A DNA stretch of 63,552 nt, the filler included, from Collodictyon triciliatum (Eukaryota), in assembly GCA_043381765.1 (NCBI GenBank). It is 3 parts of 3 records of this genome, joined end to end, with 100 filler letters (N's around TTAATTAATTAA, not from the genome) between each part and the next. Parts side by side here need not be neighbours in the genome. Positions count along the whole stretch, not along the records: positions 35,784 to 63,552 come from JBHJMP010000058.1; 2 more parts are not named here. One strand, 5' to 3'. A program made the translations under genes and the position numbers. Position 1 is the first letter of the stretch. Each line of letters starts with the position of its first letter. Below the pieces are notes generated by a model, which saw only the letters and a list, made by a program, of their open reading frames with translations, was not told the DNA's origin and searched no databases. Of the stretch, positions 39,101 to 52,830 are shown piece by piece.

Positions 39101-42100
39101 TTATGATTCAGAGTTGGTTTAGCTTTTGGTTAATTTTATTTTATTCCGCTCTCTTCATCTTCTGTATTCAGCCGTGCTCAAGCCAGGAAGAAACTCGTCA
39201 GACAAGCGTCTGTTCCAACAGAAATTGTTTCTCCTCTTGAAACCGCGATTAAACATATAAACGAAATTATCTCTTCATCTGATGGTATGTTTTCTATACT
39301 GTATCAGAGTCACAGGAATCCTTTCAACATCTCTTCCCTCCAAAATTTTTCTCACAATGTTACTAAAAAAATAATGTTAAATTAAATTTAATAACAATGT
39401 TACTGGGCGATGATTTATCTTCCTAGATGAACATTTTATTGCAAGACTAGAGAATGTTGTAAAACTACTGGGGAAAATGGACCTTCACGCCCCAACAGCC
39501 TTGCTGGATAATCTGTCTAAACATAATGTCGATCCAGAAACAAGAGACTGGCTTAAGAAAGAATTCAGGAACCCACAACAGCTCGATGAAAATTACCAAA
39601 TAGCTTCAAGAAGGTTTTTCTTTTGACTACTTTTATCTTTCTCATTTCCTTCATAAATACATCCGAATAGTTTGCTTTTGCTGAGTCGAACATATAGTTA
39701 AACACAAAATTTCCCTTAATATTTGCAGAAGATCGACAAGAAATTCAATATCATTAAACAAGTCTGCCTTGATACGAGTAGACGATTTATATCAATTTTT
39801 TTCGTAAGATTCATGAAGATCATTCAATTTCCAACTTGTCATCATCAAGGAATTAATGAAATAGTAAATGTTTTATGTTCATTTACAAAGTTGAATCCAG
39901 TACAATTAATTCGTGTTATCCAGGGAAGTTCCGCAACAAATTATCGATTCTTTGGATGACTTGCTCACTGATTGGAATGGCGATATTTTCAGGGTAGCAG
40001 TCTTAACAAAAGGTTCGTTTTAGATGCATGAATGTTGTTCAATGCGAGCAAACAAGTACGAAGTGGATGCGAGCTAAAGATTATTATCGATGCGGAAATA
40101 GGAAAACCACTACTTTTTACGGCAGCAGCTGTTTTTCATAAGTACAAAATATGTGAAAATATGGGGCTCAACGTTCAAAAATTCCTTGCGTTTGTGCGAG
40201 AAGTTGAATCAGGATACTTACCGAACACATATCATTCGAGCTCACATGCGGCCGACGTTCTTGTGAGCATAGTACACTTACTGGAGTGCGAAAAAATATC
40301 GCCGTAAGAACGACATTATGTACCTAAAGACTTTCTTAAACACAATACTATATAAAATAATGATTTAAAGGAAAAGTAAAAAAAAAAATAATTTTTTTTT
40401 TAGACCTTATCGTATACTCATGCTATTGTTCTTCTATCACAGAGACCTATCACCGATCGATTTGATGTGCATATTCATCGCAGCAATAGTACACGACTAT
40501 GCACACCCAGTAAAAAGAATACCACTATCATAAGTTTTTTTTTTGTTATAATATTCATTCAAAGCTCAATAATTGTACAGTTTCCAATAGGTATACTTTT
40601 TTATTTTCATTAATTATTACAACGTCTAATTGGTGCTTGTTACGCAATTATCAAAAGGCAACAACAAATAATTTTCAGATACAAATACAATCTACCTTCG
40701 CCCTTATATACAACGACAAATCAGTATGTCGATATCATTATCCACAAAAAATCACATCATAAATGGATCATTTGAGTTTTATTTAATATTATTTTAAAAC
40801 ATAGAAAAATTAGGACCGTTATCTGCATATCCTTTTGACTAAACTAATGACAGCTGTAATTGTAATTCATTCTCTAAATTATCCCTATAAACAGGTTCTT
40901 GAAAACTACCATGTTTCGAAAGCATTCCAGTTATTATCTGCAGAGAAACTTAATTTTCTTGCTGATCTATACCCTGCAGAGTAATTTGATTCATATAATA
41001 ACCAATATTACGCTCATATCACCGAAGGGCATTGTCATGATAATTGAAACGAATTTATTCGTCCGACTCATGTTATACATGCAATTTTTTAAAATTTTAC
41101 TGAGAAAAGTTATCAAAAGAAAACAAAAGAAAACAAAAGAAAACAAAAGAAAACAAAAGAAAACAAAAGAAAACAAAAGAAAACAAAAGAAAACAAAAGA
41201 AAACAAAAGAAAACAAAAGAAAACAAAAGAAGGTGAAGGTAACCAAACACACTACATGTTTGAAATTAAGATATTTATTCATTATCTTGAATTGCCTACC
41301 AGGCAGAGATTTATTCGAGATACCGTCATAAGTTTGGTACTTAGCACAGACATGAGTCTGCACTTTGAGTATGTGAACCAGTTCAAAGCCAAGATTGCAA
41401 CAGAAAGTATGCCTACAAAATCAATTTTTATCACAAATGACATTCACAATACATAGCTCCGTCATGATTTAAGGAAACACTGATTAACCTGTCACATAAC
41501 CACTCCTATATTTTCTCCTTCGTTTCTCTCTTATTTCGTTATTCTCATTTTCACCCGATCAATGTCCTATTCAATTGCAACGCAGAATTCGACCTTAATA
41601 CAAGAGAAAATAAGATTCTGCTTCTACAAATGGCTATCAAGTGTGCCGATGCTGGTCACATGACAAAGTGTCTTCCTTTGCACCTGCGATGGTCGATTGG
41701 TGTGACTGAGGAATTTTATAATCAGGTTTAGCAAACATAACTCTTACGTTAAAGAAAAAAAAACGCTTTGAAACCAAACCAAACCAAACCAAACCAAACC
41801 AAACCAAACCAAACCAAACCAAACCAAACCAAACCAAACCAAACCAAACCAAACCAAACCAAACCAAACCAACCTACATTCCAATCAACTTTTTATACAC
41901 ATATCACATGCACCCAAATACACATAACTTACATCTTTTGGAGGTATCGCGAAAGCCAAAAAATTTATGAGATTAGAATTGTATACACCTCAGGCTTTCC
42001 ATTACAGCCCATTCATAGGTGCTGCGTGAATATGTTTAATCGAACTATTTCATAATGATTTCTATGTAATTATCACATAGGGGGACGAGGAAGAAAGACG

Positions 42101-42483
42101 CGGACTTCAGCGGTCGCCTTTTATGAATCGCAATGACGAACAAGTGCCCCGGAGCCAAATAGGGTTCGCCTTCTATTCCTTTCTCAAGCAACGTGCATAA
42201 GCAAGACATGTAGTGATTGTCTGAGTCCTCCTCCCCTTCGCCTGCTATCTCCATCGTTACCTGAGTGGCATTATAGTAGACTAATTTATATGCAACGCAA
42301 AGATTCCTATCATTTCTCGTACACCCCATGATGAAAGCGTGGGTAACCTTTGCGGGAGACTCTATGTCTCTGATGGCCTCCTTGGAATACAACTTAAATC
42401 GATGGAAAGACTTGCAAGAACAGGGGAAGTTACGATTGGCAGACGTTCAAGGTTTTTCTTGGCTCTATTCTTGTTTTGCATGA
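36131..42483 (+). CDS. Class I 3',5'-cyclic nucleotide phosphodiesterase with an N-terminal multi-pass TM region
   Basis: YHSSSHAADV, AAIVHDYAHP, YNDKSVLENYH, LVLSTDMSLH, IKCADAGH, EEFYNQGDEE and SQIGFLSFLVHP. Hydrophobic exons at about 37900-39170. First exon MSRVAPNASDV starts at 36131. The 3' end is approximate. Confidence 0.9.
36894..37225. repeat. (AAAATAAAATC)n / (AAAATCAAATC)n intronic repeat spanning a gap
   Basis: Visible directly. Confidence 0.9.
41114..41230. repeat. (AAAAGAAAAC)n intronic repeat
   Basis: Visible directly. Confidence 0.95.
41771..41873. repeat. (AAACC)n intronic microsatellite
   Basis: Visible directly. Confidence 0.95.
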
Positions 42484-42504
42484 AAATGAACATCAAAACG
42501 GAAC

Positions 42505-42603
<99 letters not shown>

Positions 42604-43508
42604 AAAACAACCGAATAGAGAAATTTTTTTTTTCAAGTACATAAATACAGCCACACACAAACCAATCACAAACGCATTGATATCTCTGCCTTGGCTTTTG
42701 ATTTCCCTGAAAAACAAAATAACAAAATAACAAAATAACAAAAAACAAAAAACAAAAAACAAAAAACAAAAAACAAAAAACAAAAAACAAAAAACAAAAA
42801 ACAAAAAAAACAAAAAAACCCATAAAAGCAACAGAAGATAAATAACAAAACCGGAAAATAATCAAACAAATGTCAGAAAAGTCCAAAATAACAAGAAAAT
42901 CAATGACTCACAATCACTGAGTAGATATGTTGGCGAGTCTCCCTCCAACCAAGAAAGTCCCCAGAGGCCTTCTCCCATCCCCCTCATTTCTTCAGCTGGA
43001 CTCCAACTCCGACCTGCCCAAGCGTGCGTGACCTCCCATACTTTGTCACGGGTCTCTGCAACCTCGCCAGGATTTGCAGAAGGAAAAGAAAAGAAAAGAA
43101 AAGAAAAGAAAAGAAAAGAAAAGAAAAGAAAAGAAAAGAAAAGAAAAGAAAAGAAAAAAAGGGACAGGTTGTGGCTTTCAACACATCACTGGGTAAACAA
43201 GGTGCACTCATCCCAGGGTCTCACTTTGCGAAATCACATCAAAAGCCTACCACTGCCCCCGAATTTGCTTTATATCACCCCCTCTTTCAATTATGTAATT
43301 CAACTCTCATTACCGAAAAAACCCCTTACATAGACTGAACCTTTTTCTATTTTGAAGAAGCTTTATGCTGTCAGTAACATCCTCACAGTCACCCAGGGAC
43401 GAATAAAACGAGTATGCTTTTCGGTTTGTTTCGTTTATGAAATAATCACATTTGACTTCCAAGTGATGAGTGCTATGGTGGTGGGAGGGCGTATGGAGTG
43501 GAAAGGCA

Positions 43509-45008
43509 TTACAGCATAAAGGCAAGGTCGTTGTTTTTCTCGCCAGTGCCAAAGTAGACATATCCGTGCCTGTTTGTGCCAGATATGTGAAAGGCGACGG
43601 AGCCGGGCCAGTGACCGTTCGTGAGGATTGCGAGGCCCTGACCAGGTTCGTACAGGAGGGACCAGGCACCTAGTGGAATAGGTCTCGGTTGAGTGTGAGG
43701 GAATTGTTAGTCCGCCAGGATGTAGGAACCCGTCAGGAACGAGGGAAAAGTAAGAAAATAAATAATGACACAGAGGCTCATGCAAACCGTTTGGGAGGTC
43801 CTCAGAGATATTGTCCAGAAAGTCGATGCTCTTGACAAGGCCTTCTAATTCAAAGTCAAGCAGAGTTTTTTGCTTGATAGTCTTCGGGACACGAAGGTGG
43901 GAGTAGTTCTGTAGTTTATCCGATGATGCAGCAGGCAATCCTGATTTATAATTCATGTATTAACCATATTTGCTTCGCAGTTTGTCTTTGAGTATAGAGC
44001 AATTATATATGACAAATGATTTTTTTTTGGAATATGAAACTCGTGCTTAAATGAGGAATACAGTATATACGATGTTTTTTTTCTTTTCATATCTATAATA
44101 AAATAAAAACACACCGGAAAAAGTTTTGTTGAGGTTGATTTCATGAGAGGCTGATAGCACATATGCTCCTCGTGGGGCAATGGCAGTGTCATGGTCGATT
44201 CCGGCAATAGCAACGGAGAGGCGCTTCTCTTCTTTGACTCGCACAGTGTTTTTGGTATCTTCCTCCTCAACAGGCTCGTCATCTTCAGGTGCTTTTTCTT
44301 CGTCGTCTTTCTCTGCCACTTTCTCTGCAGCGGCTTGCGGCTCATCCACTATGGGTTAAAAGTCTTAGCGAATGGCGATGACTTCACAGGGATTGTGTGC
44401 ATTTCTTTTTTGTCTTCACAGACTTGCTAGGATGATTTGACATATGAAATGACATATTGATGTATAAAACACTGTGTTTGAAGTTTCATACCTTTCTCGT
44501 CTTCGGCGATTGGCCGGGTTAGTTTGTACTCAAAGGCTGGATCGCCTTGGAAGCGGCCGGAAATCAATCCAACCAACTTTGCAGTTTCTGCGTCGACGTC
44601 GGGAAGCTGAGCCCAGGAAACTCCATCGTGGCTGAGAGACACGAAAAAACAAAGTAGATGAGAGATTTATAGCAGATCGTGCAAACATTTCATAGCGAAG
44701 TTTTTCTGGGACATACGAAAAGAAAGTAAAGAAATCTGTAGAAAAGAAAAGAAAAAAGGAAAAGAAAAAAGAAACCTGTAGAAGGACTTTCGCTTAAAGT
44801 CTGAGAGTGAACCTTGGATTCCCTGTGCGATGAGATAGTCGGAGGCGATTCCAAAGATCTTGCCCCAAAAAATGACTCTGGCAAAACGGCCATTCCGCTT
44901 CAACTGCAGCAAAGATGATTGAAGCACAGCCTTTTCGTTGAGAGAAAGAGTAATTCCCGAGCGGTTTTGCACATAGGTGAGGCTCGTCAAAAAGTCTTCC
45001 ACGTCCAT
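43509..45008 (-). CDS. RSPH9: Radial spoke head protein 9
   Basis: SGITLSLNEKAVLQSSL..FWGKIFGIASDYLIAQG..GRFQGDPAFEY..KEEKRL..IAPRGAY..FLDNISEDLPNGAWSL..HWPGSVAFH..YVYFGTGEKNNDLAFML* over five exons. Confidence 0.93.
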
Positions 45009-45652
45009 CCTTATGTTCCTAAGTGCACTCTTTATTATTATTATTATTTGGTTTCTTCTTCCTGTTTCCTGACTTTGCTTACGCGCTCCTTCTTTCTCCA
45101 AGGAATGAACAGATGAATCGAAAATAAAAAAAAAAGAAAAGCTAGTGAGACGAAAAAGAACAAAGAGAGTCGCGAGACAAACATTACAATGAACAAACTG
45201 CCTTCATGGAACATGCCAAGCTGGTTTTAGAGTTGAGACGTCCGGTGCTCAACTACAAACGTGGCGCTTTTCTTCCATGGACGCACGATTATTGTGGTTC
45301 GGCTGTCCAGTATTATTCTGATTCATTTGTTTGATCAGTAAAGCTCAACAGCAACAAATGGACAACCGTTACTTTCCGTTTTGAGTCTAATACGGATATT
45401 CGACGACAAATAGAATGTGGAAATTATACCTGTCCAATTTTGAGCTGCATCCGATGCCCCTATGTGCCAAATGCTTCCGTACCACCTTTTGTTTTTTGTT
45501 TTTTTTAAAAATTGGTATATTTATCCATAGTGAGTGTCCTGAGCTGCAAGAGGAACTCTGTTTATGCGGCCTGACCAAGCAGAAAACGTAAGAGAACTCG
45601 TTATGGAGTTGCGCTTGGGCTGCAGAAGTACTTGCAAAGAGATGGGACTGAC

Positions 45653-46960
45653 CTACTCTGGAACCCCACCGAGCTCAACACACTTTTTGTAGAGTGCCTT
45701 CCCTGACGCTCTGAGGCGGTCAAGATATTCCAGTCTCTGATAGTGATTCAGTGGGATGCTGGAGAAAAATCATATTTAAGCCACTACAACAATTGTGATT
45801 AAACATCAAATCTTTTCTTCTATTATTATTTATAATTATTTTTTACATACAAATGGACTGGTGGACAATGACAAAATCATTTGGGCTATGTGTAGAAAAA
45901 ACAGGTGAAGGAAAAATCAATCCCCCACACAGATGCTAATTGTCAAGGGATTATGCTAAAAGTGTTATCGTAGAATATGGTAAGAAAAACCTTTCGAGCC
46001 CGTAGACAAGACCCCACCAAGCGGCACCAATACTGGCAGTGGAATCACTGTCCCCGCCTATAATATATGTTTATGTGAAAATGACACCAACAATAATGAT
46101 TTGGGAATTATTCGGTTGAAAGTAACTGTGAAACTGCAATACCATGAAGCGCACCACGGCAAAGGAACTCCTCCCAAGAACCATTTGCACCTAACATAGC
46201 ATCATACTACGAGCATTTTAGATATCTGGGATGTAATAAATTTGAAATTCTAAAGACGAATACATACAGCTATGATAACTGAATCATCCCCGCTAGCGCC
46301 ACCCCATCCCTAGAAGATATAATAAAAAATAAGTAAATTAAATGAAAAGAAAAGAATTTTTTTTGTTTGTAAACCAATATTTTTTTTTGTAGATAACCCA
46401 TCAAGGTTCTACATTGTAATAAAAAAAAATTTTGTATACACAAAAACCGATTCTTATACAGTATTAACCAATCGACAAAACCATCATCCGCTTTTTGCTA
46501 TTCATTCACAAAGAAACTCAAAGTTCAAATGAAAATGCACATCGTAGGAGATGGACTTGTAATATGCTTCACGTTCAGAAATGCCAAAAGGGTAGGATAA
46601 GTCGGTTGTGTCTCACTTTGTGCAATCTTCCTTAATTCTACGTATTTTTCCAATTAAAATGAAAAGGAAATACCAAGCAAACAAAAAAAAAAGGAAGAAA
46701 AAGATTAGGTTGTTTAAATTATAACAACAATAAAAATCAACGATTTAGCACCAACTCGACTTTTGTGAAACTTGTAAAGATTGGCGTAAAATCATTCTTA
46801 CTTATTTTCAAAGAAGGAAAAGGCGTCGGGGGGTTTTTTTGGACATCTCGCTTGCTCGCGACAACTTACTCTCGTGCTATTGGCAGAGCTAACAAGGACG
46901 CGCCTCAACATGAAACTCGAAAGATTCGGATACGCATAGATTGTGGCATACAGGTGCGAT
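45653..46960 (-). pseudogene. ADPRH: ADP-ribosylarginine hydrolase (ARH1/ADPRH-like), C-terminal half, with disabling lesions
   Basis: Intact 3' exons read GWGGASGDDSVIIAYDAMLGANGSWEEFLCRGALHGGDSDSTASIGAAWWGLVYGLESIPLNHYQRLEYLDRL. Upstream exons carry TGA (46905-46907), TAA (46866-46868) and frameshifts near 46830 and 46590. Confidence 0.75.
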
Positions 46961-47009
46961 ACCTCTTTCTATCATTACCTTTCCAGATAAATAAAATTCC
47001 TACTTTTCA

Positions 47010-47111
47010 CAATACAATACAATACAATACAATACAATACAATACAATACAATACAATACAATACAATACAATACAATACAATACAATACAATACAATAC
47101 AATACAATACA
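47010..47111. repeat. (CAATA)n microsatellite running into a gap
   Basis: Visible directly. Confidence 0.95.
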
Positions 47112-48092
47112 NNNNNNNNNNNNNNNNNNNNNNNNNNNNNNNNNNNNNNNNNNNNNNNNNNNNNNNNNNNNNNNNNNNNNNNNNNNNNNNNNNNNNNNNN
47201 NNNNNNNNNNNNNNNNNNNNNNNNNNNNNNNNNNNNNNNNNNNNNNNNNNNNNNNNNNNNNNNNNNNNNNNNNNNNNNNNNNNNNNNNNNNNNNNNNNNN
47301 NNNNNNNNNNNNNNNNNNNNNNNNNNNNNNNNNNNNNNNNNNNNNNNNNNNNNNNNNNNNNNNNNNNNNNNNNNNNNNNNNNNNNNNNNNNNNNNNNNNN
47401 NNNNNNNNNNNNNNNNNNNNNNNNNNNNNNNNNNNNNNNNNNNNNNNNNNNNNNNNNNNNNNNNNNNNNNNNNNNNNNNNNNNNNNNNNNNNNNNNNNNN
47501 NNNNNNNNNNNNNNNNNNNNNNNNNNNNNNNNNNNNNNNNNNNNNNNNNNNNNNNNNNNNNNNNNNNNNNNNNNNNNNNNNNNNNNNNNNNNNNNNNNNN
47601 NNNNNNNNNNNNNNNNNNNNNNNNNNNNNNNNNNNNNNNNNNNNNNNNNNNNNNNNNNNNNNNNNNNNNNNNNNNNNNNNNNNNNNNNNNNNNNNNNNNN
47701 NNNNNNNNNNNNNNNNNNNNNNNNNNNNNNNNNNNNNNNNNNNNNNTGACCACCCCCCCCCCCCCCCCCCCTCAGACAATCCATGGATTTGGCTAGTATT
47801 GATATACCCACAATACTTTACCCTTCTTACCATAAATAAAGCTACCTCTTCTATCATTTTTTTTCTTTTTTGCTTTCTTTAAACGTGTCATTACTCATTT
47901 AAATTTCTGTACAGACGAATTCTTCATACTTTTAATATACACCCAAAATGCGGGCTAGCAATGACCCTAGTCCTTTTCCCACCAAACCACTAATTTTTCA
48001 TTTATCTTCTTTGTCAGAATACAGGCTACAATTAACTCACTATTATTTCCCCATTAGTTTATTCAACCGGAAAGCTGACGTGATGAGTGTGT

Positions 48093-51026
48093 TTAACGTA
48101 GTTTTCTCTTTTCAAGTGCAATCAATTCAAGTATCTTTCTGATGTAAGTCATAGGGAGAAGGAACGGATGGTCCAACAGCTCTTCCTCCGTCAGACTCAT
48201 AAACTCCTGACCAGATATACGTTCCTCTCTTATGACATCCAGAATCGTGGAGGAGAAGCAAAGGTCATTTAAATGATAATGCAGCTCATCATGAGTCATC
48301 GACCAAATTGCTTTTGTCTGTGAATGCGATGGCTGCAGCAGGAAACCAGAACCTGATTTCATGTCAAAAAGCTGCGAATAGATTTGCATGGCTGTTGGGC
48401 GTCGCGCAGGGTGAAAAGAGCAGCAATCAGCAATCATCCGGGATAGCTTAATTGGACATGCTTCATGAATAACTGGGGTGATTCCGCTCTTTTTTAGACG
48501 AATCAATTCCTGGGGTGAACATGTGTCGTGCGGCCGCTTACCTGACGTCATGCTCCAAACCACTAAGCCGAACGAATATATGTCACCGGATGAAGAAATA
48601 TCCTCCGAACCAAACAACTCTGGTGCGCAGTAGTATATTGAATCTGTGTAGTAATGTTCCTTTTGAAACACCTTTCTTGCTAAAGTCAAGCCAAAGTCAC
48701 AAATCTTCACAATATTATCGCTCAGCAAGACATTCTCTGGGGTCAATCGCCCGTGATAGATTGGAGGGATATTTTGGTGCAGGTAATTTAACCCTTTTGT
48801 AATCTGAATAGCATAATCGATAGTGGTATCGATGCTTAGGGTACCTTTACTAGTTATGAATTGCCACAAATTACCATACTCTTCATATTCCATCATGCAA
48901 ATAATGCTTTTGTCTCTTTGTCTGATTGAAAGAATACGGCGTATATTTGGATGAATAAGTTTTGTTAAAGGATGGAGCTGTCTGGTAAGCTCCGCATACT
49001 CACTCGTTTCAGATAAAACATCGACACCTAAAATCCTAATGGTGAGAGGCTTGTTGCGGTTAAAAAGAGCCTTCATAGTGATTCCCAAAGAACTATCCCC
49101 TAGTTCTTCTATGTGGCTACTATTAGAACGTAGGTGTATTTCAAGCTCCTCATAGGCAATATTTTCCTCGTTATCTATAAATATTTGATAAATAGGGGCG
49201 GAGTTGTCCCTTTAGCGTGGAGATGAATTGAAGTGTAACTTATAGCGATATTTAAAAGTGATTGATATATTGAACCTGGGTTTAAAAGAGCCTCAGTTAT
49301 TTCAACAGGTTGGTGCAATTCCTCGGCTTTCAAAAGTTCATCTAACTCGGATACCTGATTTATGAATGTGAAACAAAAGAAAAAAAAGAAACAATTATGA
49401 ATCATTTGACATAAATGCCTTAAAATGTATTTCACTTTGTTTTATTTTTAAAGGTATGAAACCACCCAACAATCTTTAAGCACACCAAACATCTGGCTTG
49501 ATATAATGTAGCTTTCTTATATAAATGTGGGTTATTAGCATGTGATATTTAAGAAACTAACATTATCATATAGTGTTAGTCGATGTAATGACTCTGCAAT
49601 AGTTCTCATCCAGTGAGGCTCAGGCTTCTCCTCGCTAGTCCAACAAGGCAGATGAGAAATTTGCCGGGGGGCAAATTTTATAAACAAGACACCTTCTGGG
49701 TCTTCAATAACAAAACTCTGAAGACTTCTTAGGTGTGATATTTCGGCCGGAATGAACAAAATCTAGTTGTACGTAATTATCAGCATTACTTATCAAAAAT
49801 TGAGACCAGGTACTCGATCTGTATCGAATTGATGACAGTATTGTGAGTGCGAAGAAAAGAAGATTGTCACATATATTTAAAAAAATGTGAATTGTCACAC
49901 AAACCGGGTTGTTGCGAATACCAAGGAAGGTTAATTTTGTTAGGCATGATATACAACTTGGTAATTGTGATATCATATTATTTCTAATATTTAAAAAACC
50001 AATATTGACTAGAGAAGCAACTTCAGTGGGGAATGAGGACAGTTTGTTTTCATAGAAATTACAAGTTTTTAGGCCAAGCAAAAGCGAGATTCCATCTGGT
50101 ATGACCGATATTTTATTTGAATATGCAGAAAGGCATGTTAGCTTGCTCAAGCATGAAAACGAAATGGGTATTTCTGATATGTGATTATTATTCACGTCGA
50201 GCTCTTCTAAAGAGGTGAGACATGACATTCCACCTGGTATGCTTGTTATACTATTTTCTCCAATATGAAGTACCTTTAGGTTAATCAAAGTAGAAATCGA
50301 GTCAGGTATAGACGACAATTTGCTCCCTGGGATTCTAAGCTCTTCCAGTAGAGTTAAATGACAGATTCCATCAGGAATCCTTGTTACTTGGGATTTTCCG
50401 GTGGAAAATGACCTCATATTTGCTAATCGTGAAATTCCGTCAGGGATCTCTGAAATTTTATTTTCAGTGATTATGAGTGATGTTAGTAGTGTCAAGCATG
50501 ATATCCCTGGGGGCAATGATGATATACCACTCGGATGAATCAATATCCCTTCCATGTCAGTAAGCCGTGATATCTCTGCAGGTATTGATGTTATCATCTC
50601 ACCCCCAAAAATGATACCTTTCAATCGTTTCAAGGATGTTATTTCTTGTAAAGATGTGAGCTCGTTCTGATTTGCAATTAGGTACTGAAGGTGTTTTAAA
50701 CGGGATATTCGACTAGGTAAGGTGGAAATCCTGTTGTTGCACAAGTTTATGCTAACAAGACCGGTCAAATAAAATAATTCCTTAGGAAGCGCTGTCAAAT
50801 GATTATCTTGCGCGTAAAAGACCTCAAGATTGGTTAGTTTAGATATCCAAGAAGGGATTGTGGTGATTTCATTCCCATGAACATCCAAACTCTCAAGATC
50901 AAAGAATGAAGACATGCTGTCTGGAAGTGCAGTAAGGCCTCTGTTGTTGAGTTCTAGCTCCGTGCACAAGCAAAGTGGTTCTTCATTCGGCTCCCAAGCT
51001 GGACAGAATATTTCGACGTCTGCCAT
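48093..51026 (-). CDS. LRR-pseudokinase-SAM protein, paralogue B (about 827 aa)
   Basis: Exons 51026-49905, 49762-49562, 49354-49276 and 49174-48093, with the same intron positions and phases as paralogue A. Kinase motifs LTIRIL, HGRLTPEN, DFG and YCAPE. SAM-like MTHDELHYHL..IREERISGQEFMSLTEEEL. Confidence 0.88.
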
Positions 51027-51490
51027 CTTTTTGACTGCAACAAAAAAAAAAGATGAAGTAATATGGACATCAAATAATTGTCAATAAATAAACAAATAAA
51101 CAAATGCTTTTGGTGTTCGTAGTCGATCATTCGGGTTCTATGAAAGGGTTTTGCTTGGTTTTCCTCACGTGAATGGGAATGGTGGTTATATGTTGAGGAC
51201 TACGAGGCAACTTCAGATCCATAGTTTAAAAGCGTGTGGTGCAATAAGGAACAACAATATCAAAAAGTTTGTGGTCTAATTCATTAGATGTGGAGATTAT
51301 ATAATTTTGTTTTTAGAGAAACACATAGCCCAGCAGACATGTCTAATGCTAAAGATTACTTTATTCGTATGAATATATGATATAGTACGTTGTCACAAGG
51401 CATCTCAGCTTATGTTGAGACATGAGGGGGTGAGTACACCGACACCCGTGGGTGGTGTTCTTTTCTAAAAATTATCAGGTAGAAGTAGCT

Positions 51491-51543
<53 letters not shown>

Positions 51544-52830
51544 GCCCGCTCTATCTCACACGGCCTTGAGATATCTGGACATAAAAAAAAACGAAATAAA
51601 ATTAATTCCATCTCGCAGGTGCCACTGACCCGACGTCAGCAACGAGGCCTTACAAGTATTTTGAGATGAAATTGAGATGTTACAATTTTAAGGTGTCATC
51701 CTATTTGCAAATGAAAGAAATTCAGGGAAAAAAAATCGACATAAAACCAAAGGAACAGAAGTTTGCAATAGTTTGGTTGTGGGACAAATACTGATTTAGT
51801 TGACAGGATTAGCAGGAAAATATTCTGCACCCAACGAATGATTCAATTTTTACTTTTCATAGACCCTTTCACGCTCCTCACATGTTTCATAGCAAGTAAT
51901 TCACCCCAGATAAGGAACGCAGCCGTTTTTGTGATAGCGCGATGACCCAAAAGATTCCGTGCCCATCATTTGAGAAAGCAAAAGCCGATGGCGTGCAAGA
52001 TAGGACGAGGCACCGTGGCGTGAGTGTGGCAGGTCTGGGCAAATCCAGAAAATAAATCATGCCAATTAAGGAAATCTAATGCGGAAAATATTTTTCATCG
52101 TTGCGACTCACGGGCGGCCAAACTTCTCTGCGGAAAAGAAACCAATCGAGCATAAATCCGTATCGCTCTTGGTCGTTTGGGAGAGAGTTCTCCAATGATC
52201 GAAGAAGGCAAAAGCGAGATAATGCTTCACGAACTTGACTTTTGTGTCTTTGCCTCTCTGCTGTGTGCCTTTATTGATTAGTTCAGTGTATTTTACCGAG
52301 GTTCGGCTTCACAAAGTATGATCAACTGCACATGGAAGGGTAAACCTCGTTAAGCATTAACGAGAAAGAAGACAAAGAAACGAATTGGAGAGAGGGGCTT
52401 GCCCAAAGTTTATAATATTAGGAACTGTTTTTTTTTCTTTTATTTTCAAGAGTTATTAGTATGATAAACTGCGAAAAAAAAATCCAGATTCGAATAAACG
52501 CTGCAGTTCAGAAGGGATTCGTCTTAACTGCAGAAGGGGTTCTGTGTGTTACTTCCAAGAAGATAGCGACCCAGCACTGGGGCAGTTGATAGGTTATTTT
52601 CATCGGGGCAAAGAAGAATCGGAATGGATGATGACCTTTCAAGAAGATTGAACAGGCTGACAAAGAGCGAGCCTAGCTGTGAGCGTTTATTTTCTCCCTG
52701 TATATTCCTATGCAGTTTTGAATGAAATGTGTTTCTTTATTTAGGGATGATTTACGCTGTCAATCTTATGATTACACTCTTACATACTTTCATACTTATT
52801 TATTGACTCTATTTATAAATCATTTTCCTC

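Noticed and set aside
42910-43420. Possible small spliced gene downstream of RSPH9 on the - strand
   Set aside because: No consistent reading frame across the candidate exons; may be 3' UTR.
51560-52350. GC-elevated intergenic stretch as an ncRNA or gene remnant
   Set aside because: No tRNA boxes, recognisable RNA motif or long ORF were identified.
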